Positions 44,357 through 53,693 of a DNA stretch of 64,000 bases are shown piece by piece. The stretch is taken from the NCBI GenBank assembly GCA_026392355.1, contig JAPLCF010000036.1:129054-193053 (forward strand), in the 5' to 3' direction. Position 1 is the first letter of the stretch. Each line of letters starts with the position of its first letter. The notes below the pieces were generated by a model, which was not told the DNA's origin, made no database searches, and saw nothing but the letters and a program-made list of their open reading frames with translations. The stretch comes from Actinomycetota bacterium (GTDB taxonomy: Bacteria > Actinomycetota > Thermoleophilia > Gaiellales > F1-60-MAGs149). A program made the translations under genes and the position numbers.

Positions 44357-45916
44357 ATGACGATTCTCCCCACCCACATCGACCGCGGCGACGCGCAGTT
44401 CGTCGCCCGCACGGCGGAGATGGATGCCTTGATCGCGCTGCTGGCCGAGCGCCGGGCGCACGTCGCCGCCGGTGGGTCCGAGGCGGCGCGCGAGAAGCAC
44501 CGCGGCCGCGGCAAGCTGCTGGCCCGCGAGCGCATCGACCGCCTCGTCGATCCGGACGGCGCCTTCCTCGAACTCGGTGCCCTCGCCGCGTGGGAGCAGT
44601 ACGACGGCGTCGTACCGTCCGCCGGGATCGTCACGGGTATCGGCGTCGTCGAGGGGCGAGCCTGCGTGATCGTCGCCAACGACGCGACGGTCAAGGGCGG
44701 CACGTACTACCCCCTCACCGTCAAGAAGCACCTGCGGGCGCAAGAGGTTGCACTCGAGAACCGGCTGCCGTGCATCTACCTCGTCGACTCGGGCGGGGCG
44801 TTCCTGCCGATGCAGGCCGACGTCTTCCCCGATCGCGACCACTTCGGCCGCATCTTCTACAACCAGGCCCGCATGTCGCAGGAGGGCATCGCGCAGATCG
44901 CCGCGGTGATGGGCTCCTGCACCGCTGGCGGCGCCTACGTGCCGGCGATGAGCGACGAGACGATCATCGTGAAGGGCACCGGCACGATCTTCCTTGGCGG
45001 CCCGCCACTGGTGAAGGCCGCCACGGGCGAGGAGGTGACGGCCGAGGACCTCGGCGGCAGCGCCGTCCACACCCGCATTTCCGGCGTGGCCGACCACGAA
45101 GCGATCGACGATGAGCACGCTCTCGCCCTGGTGCGCGAGGCCATCCGCACGCTTGGCCCCGCGCCCGCACCGACGTGGACCGTCGACGAGCCCGAGGCAC
45201 CGCTGCACGACCCCGAGGACCTGCTGGGGATCGTGCCTGTTGACTACCGCGTGCCGTACGACGTGCGCGAGGTGATCGGCCGCATCGTCGACGGCAGCCG
45301 CTTTCACGAGTTCAAACGCGAGTACGGCGAGACGCTGGTGTGCGGCTTCGCCTCGATCGAAGGCCAGCCCGTCGCGATCCTCGCCAATAACGGCGTGCTC
45401 GTCTCGGCCGCCGCGCTCAAGGGCGCACACTTCGTCGAACTCGCCTGCCAGCGCAAGATTCCGCTCGTGTTCCTGCAGAACATCACGGGCTTCATGGTCG
45501 GCACGCGTGCCGAGCACGGCGGCATCGCCAAGGACGGCGCCAAGCTCGTCACCGCCGTGTCGTGTGCACAGGTGCCGAAGTTCACCGTCGTCATCGGCGG
45601 CTCGTTCGGTGCCGGCAACTACGGCATGTGCGGCCGCGCCTTCCAGCCCCGCCAGTTGTGGGCCTGGCCGAATGCGCGCACCGGCGTGATGGGTGCCGAG
45701 CAGGCCGCGCTGGTGCTGGCGCAGGTCGGCAGCGATGCTGCCGAGGAGGCCCGTGTGCGTCTCGAAGAGGAGAGCGACGCGTACTTCTCGACCTCGCGCC
45801 TCTGGGATGACGGTCTGATCGACCCGCGCGACACGCGCCGCGTCCTCGCCTTGGGTATCGCCGCCGCTGGTAGCGCCCCCGTCCCCGCGCCGAGCTTCGG
45901 CGTGTTCCGGATGTAG
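44357..45916 (+). CDS. Methylcrotonyl-CoA carboxylase beta (carboxyltransferase) subunit
   Basis: [19 protein letters not shown]...[24 protein letters not shown]...[13 protein letters not shown]...[16 protein letters not shown]. Start is at Met23 of the track ORF. Confidence 0.85.
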   Translation: MTILPTHIDRGDAQFVARTAEMDALIALLAERRAHVAAGGSEAAREKHRGRGKLLARERIDRLVDPDGAFLELGALAAWEQYDGVVPSAGIVTGIGVVEGRACVIVANDATVKGGTYYPLTVKKHLRAQEVALENRLPCIYLVDSGGAFLPMQADVFPDRDHFGRIFYNQARMSQEGIAQIAAVMGSCTAGGAYVPAMSDETIIVKGTGTIFLGGPPLVKAATGEEVTAEDLGGSAVHTRISGVADHEAIDDEHALALVREAIRTLGPAPAPTWTVDEPEAPLHDPEDLLGIVPVDYRVPYDVREVIGRIVDGSRFHEFKREYGETLVCGFASIEGQPVAILANNGVLVSAAALKGAHFVELACQRKIPLVFLQNITGFMVGTRAEHGGIAKDGAKLVTAVSCAQVPKFTVVIGGSFGAGNYGMCGRAFQPRQLWAWPNARTGVMGAEQAALVLAQVGSDAAEEARVRLEEESDAYFSTSRLWDDGLIDPRDTRRVLALGIAAAGSAPVPAPSFGVFRM

Positions 45917-45918
45917 TC

Positions 45919-46674
45919 GTGGGCACTGCGATCTCCACCACCCGCGATGGTCACGTGCTGCGCATTACCCTCACGCGCGCCGATCGCCGCAACGCGTTCG
46001 ACGGGTCGATGGTCGACGAGCTGACGGCCGCCTTCGGCGACGTCGGTGATGCTCGGGCCGTGCTGCTCACGGGCGATGGGCCAAGCTTCTCCGCCGGCGC
46101 CGACCTCGACTGGATGCGCGCGAGCGTCGACCTCTCGCCCGAGCAGAACCTCATGGAGGGCCAGCGCCTCGCCACGCTCTTCGCGGCGATCGACGGCTGC
46201 CCCGCACCTGTCGTCGCCGCCGTCCATGGCCACGCGATCGCCGGTGGTGCCGGACTCGTCGCGACCTGCGACATCGCCGTCGCCGCACCGGGCACGAAGT
46301 TCGGCTTCACCGAGACGCGCATCGGGCTGATCCCCGCCACGATCTCGCCTTACGTGATCGGCCGCATCGGCACGACCGCGGCGCGGCGCTATCTGCTGAC
46401 GGCAGAGTTGTTCGACGCCGCGGAGGCACTGCGTATCGGACTGATCAGTGCCGTTGCCGACGATCCGGCCGCCGAGGCCGAGCGCATCGTTGAGACGCTG
46501 TGCAGCGTCGGCCCCGCCGCCGTGCGCGCCACCAAGCGCATCATCCGCGAGCGTCCGAGCAACGACGAGCTGGCGCGTTTGATCAGCGAGGTGCGTGCGT
46601 CGGCTGAGGGCCAGGCGGGACTCCGTGCACTACTCGACGGAGAGGACCCGCCGTGGCGATCCGCTCCGTCCTGA
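45919..46674 (+). CDS. Enoyl-CoA hydratase/isomerase family (methylglutaconyl-CoA hydratase-like)
   Basis: Crotonase motifs FSAGADL and HGHAIAGGAGL, 251 aa. Located between the two carboxylase subunits. Confidence 0.8.
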   Translation: MGTAISTTRDGHVLRITLTRADRRNAFDGSMVDELTAAFGDVGDARAVLLTGDGPSFSAGADLDWMRASVDLSPEQNLMEGQRLATLFAAIDGCPAPVVAAVHGHAIAGGAGLVATCDIAVAAPGTKFGFTETRIGLIPATISPYVIGRIGTTAARRYLLTAELFDAAEALRIGLISAVADDPAAEAERIVETLCSVGPAAVRATKRIIRERPSNDELARLISEVRASAEGQAGLRALLDGEDPPWRSAPS

Positions 46675-48257
46675 TCGCCAACCGCGGCGAGATCGCCGCA
46701 CGCATCGCCCGTACCTGTCGCGAGCTCGGCATCGAGTCGGTCGCCCTCCAGGCGCCCGACGACCGCGACGCCTTCCATACCCGCGCCTGCGACCGCGTGA
46801 TCGATGTCGCCTCGTATCTCGACGCCGACGCAATTGCCGCTGCGGTGCGCGAGAGCGGTGCCGACGCCGTGCACCCGGGCTACGGGTTCTTGTCGGAGCG
46901 CGCCGAGGCAGCCCGCGCCGTCGAGGCGGCTGGTGCGATCTGGATTGGCCCCACCCCTGACGTCCTCGAGCGCGCCGGCGACAAGCTGGAGGCCAAGGCG
47001 ATTGCCGAAGCCGCCGGCGTCCCCGTGTTGCCGCAGGGCGATCCCGCGGTCGTCGGCTATCCCCTCCTGCTGAAAGCCGCAGCTGGCGGCGGCGGGCGCG
47101 GCATGCGCATCGTGCGCTCGGCCGACGAGCTCGACGAGGCTCGCGCCGCCGCGTCGCGCGAGGCCGAGAGTGCCTTCGGCGACGGCCGCGTCTACGCCGA
47201 GCGGCTTGTCGAGCGCCCGCACCACGTCGAGATCCAGCTGCTTGCCGATGCCCACGGCGGCGTCATCTCGCTCGGCGAGCGCGACTGCTCGATCCAGCGC
47301 CGGCACCAGAAGGTGCTCGAGGAGAGCCCCTCGCCGATCGTCGATGACGCGCTGCGTGCCCGCCTGGACGACGCTGCGATCGCCTTCGCCCGCGCGGCCG
47401 GCTACTGCGGCGCCGGCACCGCCGAGTTCCTCGTGACCGGCGATGAGATCTGGTTCCTCGAGCTCAACGCGCGCATCCAGGTCGAACATCCCGTCACCGA
47501 AGCGGTTACTGGGATCGACCTGATCGCGGAGATGATCCGCATCGCCGACGGCGGCCACGTGCCCGCAGCGCCGACGCCGAGTGGCCACGCAATCGAGGTG
47601 CGCCTCTACGCCGAGGACCCACTCACGTTCCTGCCGCGTGTTGGCCTGCTGCGCGAGCTTGCCCTGCCCGAGGGCATCCGCATCGATCTCGGCATCGCGG
47701 CGGGCGACCAGGTGCCAACGGGCTACGACCCGATGATCGCCAAGCTGATCGCGCATGGTGAGACGCGCAACGAGGCACTCACCCGCCTGACTGCCGCGCT
47801 CGATGCCACCCGCGTCGCGGGCGTGATCACCAACCTGCCGTTCCTGCGCTGGCTCGTGCGGCAACCCGACGTCATCGCCGGCACGGCAACCACCGCCTTC
47901 CTCGAAGACCACCCGCCGCTCACCGCGCGCCGTGCACCGAGCGGCGCCTTCGCCGGCGCCTGGCGCCTCGGTACCGGCTCGACCGCGCACTTCCCCGTGC
48001 CGCAGTCGCCCGATTGGACGGCCGTGGCCGGTAGCGGCGACGGTCGCCTGATCGCGCCGATGCCCGGCGTCGTCCTCTCGCTCGCCGTTACCGCCGGCCA
48101 GCAGGTCGCCGAGGGCGAACTCATCGCCGTGCTCGAAGCGATGAAGATGGAGCACCGCCTCGAGGCGCCATTCGCCGGCACCGTCGCCGAGCTCGGCATC
48201 AGCGAGGGCGCCTTCATCGACGCCGGCGCACTGATCGCCGCAATCGACCCCTCCTAG
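46653..48257 (+). CDS. Acyl-CoA carboxylase alpha subunit (biotin carboxylase + BCCP), unusually short
   Basis: N-terminus VLIANRGEIAARI. The ATP-grasp core and the C-terminal biotinylation motif EAMKME are present. The protein is only 534 aa. Confidence 0.85.
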   Translation: MAIRSVLIANRGEIAARIARTCRELGIESVALQAPDDRDAFHTRACDRVIDVASYLDADAIAAAVRESGADAVHPGYGFLSERAEAARAVEAAGAIWIGPTPDVLERAGDKLEAKAIAEAAGVPVLPQGDPAVVGYPLLLKAAAGGGGRGMRIVRSADELDEARAAASREAESAFGDGRVYAERLVERPHHVEIQLLADAHGGVISLGERDCSIQRRHQKVLEESPSPIVDDALRARLDDAAIAFARAAGYCGAGTAEFLVTGDEIWFLELNARIQVEHPVTEAVTGIDLIAEMIRIADGGHVPAAPTPSGHAIEVRLYAEDPLTFLPRVGLLRELALPEGIRIDLGIAAGDQVPTGYDPMIAKLIAHGETRNEALTRLTAALDATRVAGVITNLPFLRWLVRQPDVIAGTATTAFLEDHPPLTARRAPSGAFAGAWRLGTGSTAHFPVPQSPDWTAVAGSGDGRLIAPMPGVVLSLAVTAGQQVAEGELIAVLEAMKMEHRLEAPFAGTVAELGISEGAFIDAGALIAAIDPS

Positions 48258-48323
48258 GACATTTTAGATCCGGATCCGATTTGTCCCTCAGCGGGACAGA
48301 ATGGATCCGGATCCAGAATGTCC
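48257..48323. terminator. Long imperfect hairpin between convergent genes, containing GGATCCGGATCC
   Basis: GGACATTTTAGATCCGGATCCGATTTGTCCC-tcagc-GGGACAGAATGGATCCGGATCCAGAATGTCC. About 26 of 31 positions pair. Each end touches a stop codon. Confidence 0.45.
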
Positions 48324-49456
48324 TACAGCCCGAGGCTGCGGGCGATCACGAGGCGCTGCACCTCGTTGGTGCCCTCGCCGATCTCGAGCACCTTCTGGTC
48401 GCGGTAGATACGCGAGATCGGGTACTCGTCCATGTAGCCGTAACCGCCGTGGATCTGGACGGCCTCGTTGACCGCGCGGTTCGACGCCTCGCCGGTGTAG
48501 AGCTTCGCGATCGCAGCCTCCTGCGCGTACGGGCGGCCCTGGTCCTTCAGCCACGCTGCGCGGTAGACCAGCGCACGGGCTGCGGCGAGCTCGACGGCCA
48601 TGTCGGCGAGTTTGAACTGGATCGCCTGGAACTTCGCGATCGGCCGGCCGAACTGGTTGCGCGACTGCGCGTACGCGAGCGAGAGGTCGTAGGCGGCCTG
48701 CATCGTGCCGAGGCCCATCGCGGCGATCGACACGCGACCGCCATCGAGGATCTGCAGAAACTGCTTGAAGCCCACGCCGCGCGGGCCGAGCAGGTTCTCC
48801 TCGGGCACGAGCACATCGGCGAACGTCAGCTCGCGCGTATCGGAGGCGTGCCAGCCGATCTTGTGCAGCGGTGCGCTCTGCGTGTACCCCGGCGTGCCGT
48901 TGGGCACGATGATCGTCGAGATCTCGTCTTCCCCGGTCCGCGTCGTGATCGTCACCAACTTGGTGATGTCGGTGCCCGAGTTGGTGATGAACATCTTGGA
49001 GCCGTTGATCCGCCACTGGCCATTCTCGAGCTCGGCGTGCGTACGCGGGTTGCCCGCGTCGGAGCCAGCCTCGGGCTCGGTCAGACCAAAGGCCGCAAGA
49101 CGCTGGCCCGAGACGAGCTCCGGCAGCCACTGCTCCTTCTGGGCATCGGTGCCAAAGAGGTAGATCGGCATCGTGCCAAGCGACGTGTGCGCGGCAACGG
49201 TCACGCCGACGGAGGCGTCGATGCGCGTCAGCTCCTCGACCGCGATCGCATAGAGCAGCGTGTCGCCACCTGCCCCGCCGATCGCCTCGGGGAACGGAAT
49301 GCCCATCAGCCCGAGCCCCGCCATCTCCTCGACGATCTCGTACGGGAAGCGATGCTCGCGATCGATCTCCTCCGCGATCGGCCCGATCCGTGTCTCGGCG
49401 AAGTCGCGCACTACGGCGCGGAAGTCTTCGTACTCAACTGGCAGATCGAGATCCAT
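48323..49456 (-). CDS. Acyl-CoA dehydrogenase (isovaleryl-CoA dehydrogenase-like)
   Basis: 377-aa ACAD with GLTEPEAGSD and C-terminal IYEGTNE-like EIGEGTNEVQRLVIAR. Convergent with the carboxylase cluster. Confidence 0.85.
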   Translation of the reverse strand: MDLDLPVEYEDFRAVVRDFAETRIGPIAEEIDREHRFPYEIVEEMAGLGLMGIPFPEAIGGAGGDTLLYAIAVEELTRIDASVGVTVAAHTSLGTMPIYLFGTDAQKEQWLPELVSGQRLAAFGLTEPEAGSDAGNPRTHAELENGQWRINGSKMFITNSGTDITKLVTITTRTGEDEISTIIVPNGTPGYTQSAPLHKIGWHASDTRELTFADVLVPEENLLGPRGVGFKQFLQILDGGRVSIAAMGLGTMQAAYDLSLAYAQSRNQFGRPIAKFQAIQFKLADMAVELAAARALVYRAAWLKDQGRPYAQEAAIAKLYTGEASNRAVNEAVQIHGGYGYMDEYPISRIYRDQKVLEIGEGTNEVQRLVIARSLGL

Positions 49457-49547
49457 CGGGCGCTCCTCGCGAGGGGCGCGTCACTCGCGCCAATGGCGGC
49501 AGCATATCGGGCACCCCGCGTCCTGAGCGTGACGCCCGACTGCGCGT

Positions 49548-51056
49548 ATGCTCCCGGCTGTGACCCGCGTCAACGGCAGTGGCTCCCCCAGAATCGCGAT
49601 CATCGGTGCCGGCTTTAGCGGCATCGGCATGGCGATGCGCCTCAAGCAGGCGGGCATCACCAGCTTCACGATCTACGAGGCGGCGCCCGAGGTTGGCGGC
49701 ACGTGGTTCCACAACTCGTACCCCGGCGCGGCCTGCGACATCGGCTCGCACCTGTACTCGTTCTCGTTCAAGCGCAACCACGAGTGGACGAAGACGTACG
49801 CCGGCCACGAGGAGATCCTCGAGTACCTGAAGGCGTGCATGCGCGAGGAGGACCTCTACCCGCAGACGCGGCTGAGCACCCCGATCGAAAGCGCCGCGTA
49901 CGACGACGCGTCGAGCACGTGGACGCTGACGACCGGCGATGGTGAGCAGATCGCGACCGACGTCGTGATCTTCGGCTGTGGCCAGCTCAACGAGCCGGTC
50001 CGCCCGAACATCCCGGGCCTCGACGACTTCCAGGGCCACATGTTCCACTCGGCCCGCTGGGACCACGAGTACGACCTGACGGGCAAGCGCGTCGCCGTGA
50101 TTGGCAACGGTGCGAGCGCGGCGCAGTTCGTCCCCGAGGTTGCCAAGGCGGCTGGGCACCTGACGGTGCTGCAGCGCTCGAACTCCTGGATCGTCCCGCG
50201 CCGCGACTTCCCGTACAGCGAGACGCAGAAGCGCCGCTTTCGGAAGCTCCCGGGCGTCGAGACGCTGCACCGGCTCGGCATCTTCTGGTTCAACGAGCAG
50301 GGCTTCCTCGCCTTCCGCCCCGGCCAGAAGTGGTGGGGCCTGATCCAGGGCTCCGACAAGGCCGAGGAATGGCAGAACATCGCACTGCGCCACCTCGAGA
50401 AGCAGGTGCCCGACCCGGAACTACGCGCCCGCCTGACGCCCGACTACGGCATCGGCTGCAAGCGCGTGCTGCTCTCGAACGACTGGTACCCCACGTTGCA
50501 GCGTGATGACGTCGACCTCGTCACCGACCGCATCACGCGTGTCACGGCCGACTCGATCGAGACCGAAACCGGTACTGTCGGCCCGCTCGACGCAATCATC
50601 CTCGGCACCGGCTTCGACTCGACGAAGTTCATGTCGACGGTGAAGATCACGGGTGCGGACGGCCGTGACCTCGCCAGCGCTTGGGCCGACGGCCCGCAGG
50701 CGCACCTTGGCATCACCGTCGCAGGCTTCCCGAATCTGTTCATGCTCTACGGCCCGAACACGAACCTCGGGCACGGCACGATCATCTTCATGATCGAGTG
50801 CCAGATCCGGTACATCCGCAAGTGCATCCAGAAGATGCGCCGCGACCACCTCAAGGTGCTGACGGTCAACCCGGCCGCGCAGGCGCGCTTCAACGACGAG
50901 CTGCAGCAAGACCTCGCCAAGTCGGTCTGGGCCAGCGGCTGCGCGTCCTGGTACGTGACGAGCGACGGCAAGGTGCTCAACAACTGGTCGGGCTTCATGC
51001 TCGGCTACTGGAAGCGCACCCTGCGGCCCGACTTTGACGACTTCATCACGGCCTAG
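49548..51056 (+). CDS. Baeyer-Villiger-type flavin-containing monooxygenase
   Basis: FAD motif IIGAGFSG, BVMO fingerprint FQGHMFHSARW and a second Rossmann motif VIGNGASA. Confidence 0.85.
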   Translation: MLPAVTRVNGSGSPRIAIIGAGFSGIGMAMRLKQAGITSFTIYEAAPEVGGTWFHNSYPGAACDIGSHLYSFSFKRNHEWTKTYAGHEEILEYLKACMREEDLYPQTRLSTPIESAAYDDASSTWTLTTGDGEQIATDVVIFGCGQLNEPVRPNIPGLDDFQGHMFHSARWDHEYDLTGKRVAVIGNGASAAQFVPEVAKAAGHLTVLQRSNSWIVPRRDFPYSETQKRRFRKLPGVETLHRLGIFWFNEQGFLAFRPGQKWWGLIQGSDKAEEWQNIALRHLEKQVPDPELRARLTPDYGIGCKRVLLSNDWYPTLQRDDVDLVTDRITRVTADSIETETGTVGPLDAIILGTGFDSTKFMSTVKITGADGRDLASAWADGPQAHLGITVAGFPNLFMLYGPNTNLGHGTIIFMIECQIRYIRKCIQKMRRDHLKVLTVNPAAQARFNDELQQDLAKSVWASGCASWYVTSDGKVLNNWSGFMLGYWKRTLRPDFDDFITA

Positions 51057-51073
51057 GCAGTACGGTTGCTTCC

Positions 51074-52702
51074 ATGAACCGACGCACTGTCATCTCCGGT
51101 GGGCCGATCCTCACGATGGGCGCCGAGATGCGCGCCGAGGCCGTCGCAGTTCTCGACGAGCGCATCCTCCATGTCGGCTCGCTCGAGGAGTGCCGAGATG
51201 CGGCAGGCCAGGGGTCGGTCGAGTTCGATCTCGGTGGCCGCACGCTGCTGCCGGGCTTCGTCGACGCGCATACGCACCCGCTGATGCTCGGCCAGTGCGC
51301 GGCGTGGGTCGACTGCGCGCCACCCGAGGTGACGACGATCGATGCGCTCGTCGAGATGCTCGGTCGTCGCCGCGATTCGCTGCCGCCGACTGCCGACGTC
51401 TGGGGCTTCGGTGTGCACCACGGCGACCTTGACGTGCGGCGCAATCCGGAGCGCACCGACCTCGACCGCGTCGCCACCGACCGCGTCGTCGCCGTGATGC
51501 ACCGCTCGGGCCACGGCGTGATGGTCAACAGCTACTGCCTGACGATGAACGGCATCACGAAGGACCTGCCGGATCCAGCTGGCGGCCGCATCGAGCGCGA
51601 CGAGCAGGGCAACCCGACGGGTGTCATGTGGGACGCCGCGATCGACTTGATCACCGGCCCCGAGGGTGTCAAGACACTCAACCACGGCCCCAATATCCAC
51701 ATCCCCGACGCCCCCGAGCGACTGGTCGACTTGCTCTGCAACGCGCAGACGATGCTGCTCAAGGCGGGCGTCACGTCGGTCACCGACTGTCAGGTGACGC
51801 GCCGCGAGATGGAGACGTACCTGCTGGCTCGTGACGACGGGCGCCTCCAGCTACGGGCCTCGATGCTCACGCTCTCGACACTGCTCGAGGTGCTCGTCGA
51901 GCTCGGCCTTCGCGCCCGCCTCGGCGACGACCACCTTGCCTTCGCCGGCCTCAAGCTCGACGCCGACGGCACGCTGACAGGGCTGACCGCGTACTTCGAG
52001 AGCGGCTATCGCTTCGACCCCTGCCACCACGGCCAGCTGTACCACGAGCCCGAAGAGCTACGGCGACTGATTCGCCGCGCCCACCGGTTCGGGCTGCAGA
52101 CGGGAACGCACGCGCAGGGTGACTCTGCCATCCAGATCGTCCTCGATGCCGTCACCGAGTCGCTTGCCGATGTCGACCGCAAGGATCACCGCCACCGCAT
52201 CGAGCACTGCGGCATGCCATCGCCCGACCAGATCCACCGCATCGCGGAGCTCGGCATCTACCCGGTCCCGCAGCCGACGCACGGGTATCTCGTCGGCGAC
52301 GCGCTGCTCGAGGCGCTGGGCGAGAGCGCCAACCGCTACAACCCCTACGGCGAGTTCCGCGACGCCGGCGTGCCGATCGTGCTCTCGTCGGACACGCCGG
52401 TCTCCGGCCCCGATCCGATCGAGGCGATCTGGGCGGCCGCGACCCGCGAGACGCGTTATGGCTCGACCCTCGGCACGCCCGAGCAGCGCATCTCGGTAGA
52501 ACAGGGCCTGCGCGGGTACACGATCAACGGTGCTGCTGCGACCAAACGCGACCACGTCGTCGGCTCGATCGAGCCGGGCAAGCTGGCCGACTTCGCGATC
52601 CTGACGGGCGATCCACTCGGAGTCGCGATCGACGACCTGCGCTCGATCCGCGTCGAAGACACCTGGGTCGACGGCGCGCCCGTCGACTTCAGCCGGCTCT
52701 AG
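51074..52702 (+). CDS. Amidohydrolase-3 family metal-dependent hydrolase
   Basis: LLPGFVDAHTHP metal-binding HxH motif and a 542-aa YtcJ-like architecture. Confidence 0.75.
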   Translation: MNRRTVISGGPILTMGAEMRAEAVAVLDERILHVGSLEECRDAAGQGSVEFDLGGRTLLPGFVDAHTHPLMLGQCAAWVDCAPPEVTTIDALVEMLGRRRDSLPPTADVWGFGVHHGDLDVRRNPERTDLDRVATDRVVAVMHRSGHGVMVNSYCLTMNGITKDLPDPAGGRIERDEQGNPTGVMWDAAIDLITGPEGVKTLNHGPNIHIPDAPERLVDLLCNAQTMLLKAGVTSVTDCQVTRREMETYLLARDDGRLQLRASMLTLSTLLEVLVELGLRARLGDDHLAFAGLKLDADGTLTGLTAYFESGYRFDPCHHGQLYHEPEELRRLIRRAHRFGLQTGTHAQGDSAIQIVLDAVTESLADVDRKDHRHRIEHCGMPSPDQIHRIAELGIYPVPQPTHGYLVGDALLEALGESANRYNPYGEFRDAGVPIVLSSDTPVSGPDPIEAIWAAATRETRYGSTLGTPEQRISVEQGLRGYTINGAAATKRDHVVGSIEPGKLADFAILTGDPLGVAIDDLRSIRVEDTWVDGAPVDFSRL

Positions 52703-52806
52703 CCGGCAGCAGCACCGCGGAAGACCACGCAGCGATCAGCGGCAGGACACGGAACCACAGGGCGTCACGTCGATGACGCTTGTGTTCCCCCGCAATCGAG
52801 GAGCCG

Positions 52807-52923
52807 ATGATGTCCCCGCAGACGTCCCCCCAGCCTATCTCGCCGCCGACCCGCCTCTTCGCGATCGGTTTTGTGATCGGCCTGTGCATTGTGGCGGTCA
52901 CGCTTTGGATCGCGACCGCCTGA
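52807..52923 (+). CDS. Candidate small membrane protein (38 aa), below the ORF-track size cut-off
   Basis: Manual translation gives MMSPQTSPQPISPPTRLFAIGFVIGLCIVAVTLWIATA*. A GAGGAG RBS lies 4-5 nt upstream, third-codon positions are GC-rich, and there is one clear TM segment. Confidence 0.3.
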   Translation: MMSPQTSPQPISPPTRLFAIGFVIGLCIVAVTLWIATA

Positions 52924-53024
52924 CGCATCTCCGTCACCGTGTGACCGGCGCCACTTGACGCACCGTGGTTCCCCGCCACAATGACGAGGCGGCGGCACCT
53001 GCCGCACCGTGGAGAGGGGGCCGG

Positions 53025-53693
53025 GTGAGAATTGCAGTTCTAGACGATGAACCGTTCTTCCGGCACCTCCTCGCCCGCTCGCTGGTCGGCTCGGCGGACA
53101 TCAAGCAGGTCGATGAGTACGGTACGGCCGCCGAACTGATCGAGGCACTGCCAACGACACAACCGGATGCGGCCATCCTCGATCTCGTGCTCGCCGAAGG
53201 GCAGCCACTCAACAGTCCAGACGGAGGACTGGCCGCAGGTATGAAGGTGCGCGAGTTGGTGCCGGGCTGCGGGATCGTGATCCTGTCGAACCACGCCAGC
53301 GCCGAGGTGCTTGCGCGGCTGCCGGAGGAGCAACTCGGCGGCTGGGCCTATCTGCTGAAGCGTCGTACGGATGACATCGCCGACGTCGTCCGCGCGCTCG
53401 ACGTCACGCGGGCGGGCGAGACGATGATCGACCCTGCAATCATCGTGGAGGCCGGTCGCACGACGCTTGGGCATGATCACTTGTCCGCACACCAGTTGCG
53501 CGTACTAGAACTGCTCGCGGGCGGCGCGAGCAACGCCACGATCGCGGACGCATGCAACACCACCACGAAGTCGATCGAGCACGCAATCACCGGCATCCTC
53601 AGCGCCCTGCAGATCGATGCCCGCGACCAGACGACCAACGCGCGCGTGCTGGCCGCCACCGCCTACATCCGCCTGATCGGCGCAACTTCGTGA
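53025..53693 (+). CDS. NarL/FixJ (LuxR-type HTH) response regulator
   Basis: Receiver motifs VLDDEP and AAILDLVL. The C-terminal LuxR HTH is LSAHQLRVLELLAGGASNATIADACNTTTKSIEHAI. GTG start at Val21 of the track ORF. Confidence 0.85.
   Translation: MRIAVLDDEPFFRHLLARSLVGSADIKQVDEYGTAAELIEALPTTQPDAAILDLVLAEGQPLNSPDGGLAAGMKVRELVPGCGIVILSNHASAEVLARLPEEQLGGWAYLLKRRTDDIADVVRALDVTRAGETMIDPAIIVEAGRTTLGHDHLSAHQLRVLELLAGGASNATIADACNTTTKSIEHAITGILSALQIDARDQTTNARVLAATAYIRLIGATS

Noticed and set aside
52689-52979. 96-aa minus-strand ORF and 61-aa + ORF (52773..52958) between the amidohydrolase and the response regulator
   Set aside because: Neither has an RBS, motifs or plausible composition. A shorter 38-codon + strand ORF with an RBS and a TM helix explains the coding-like signal better, though still at low confidence.
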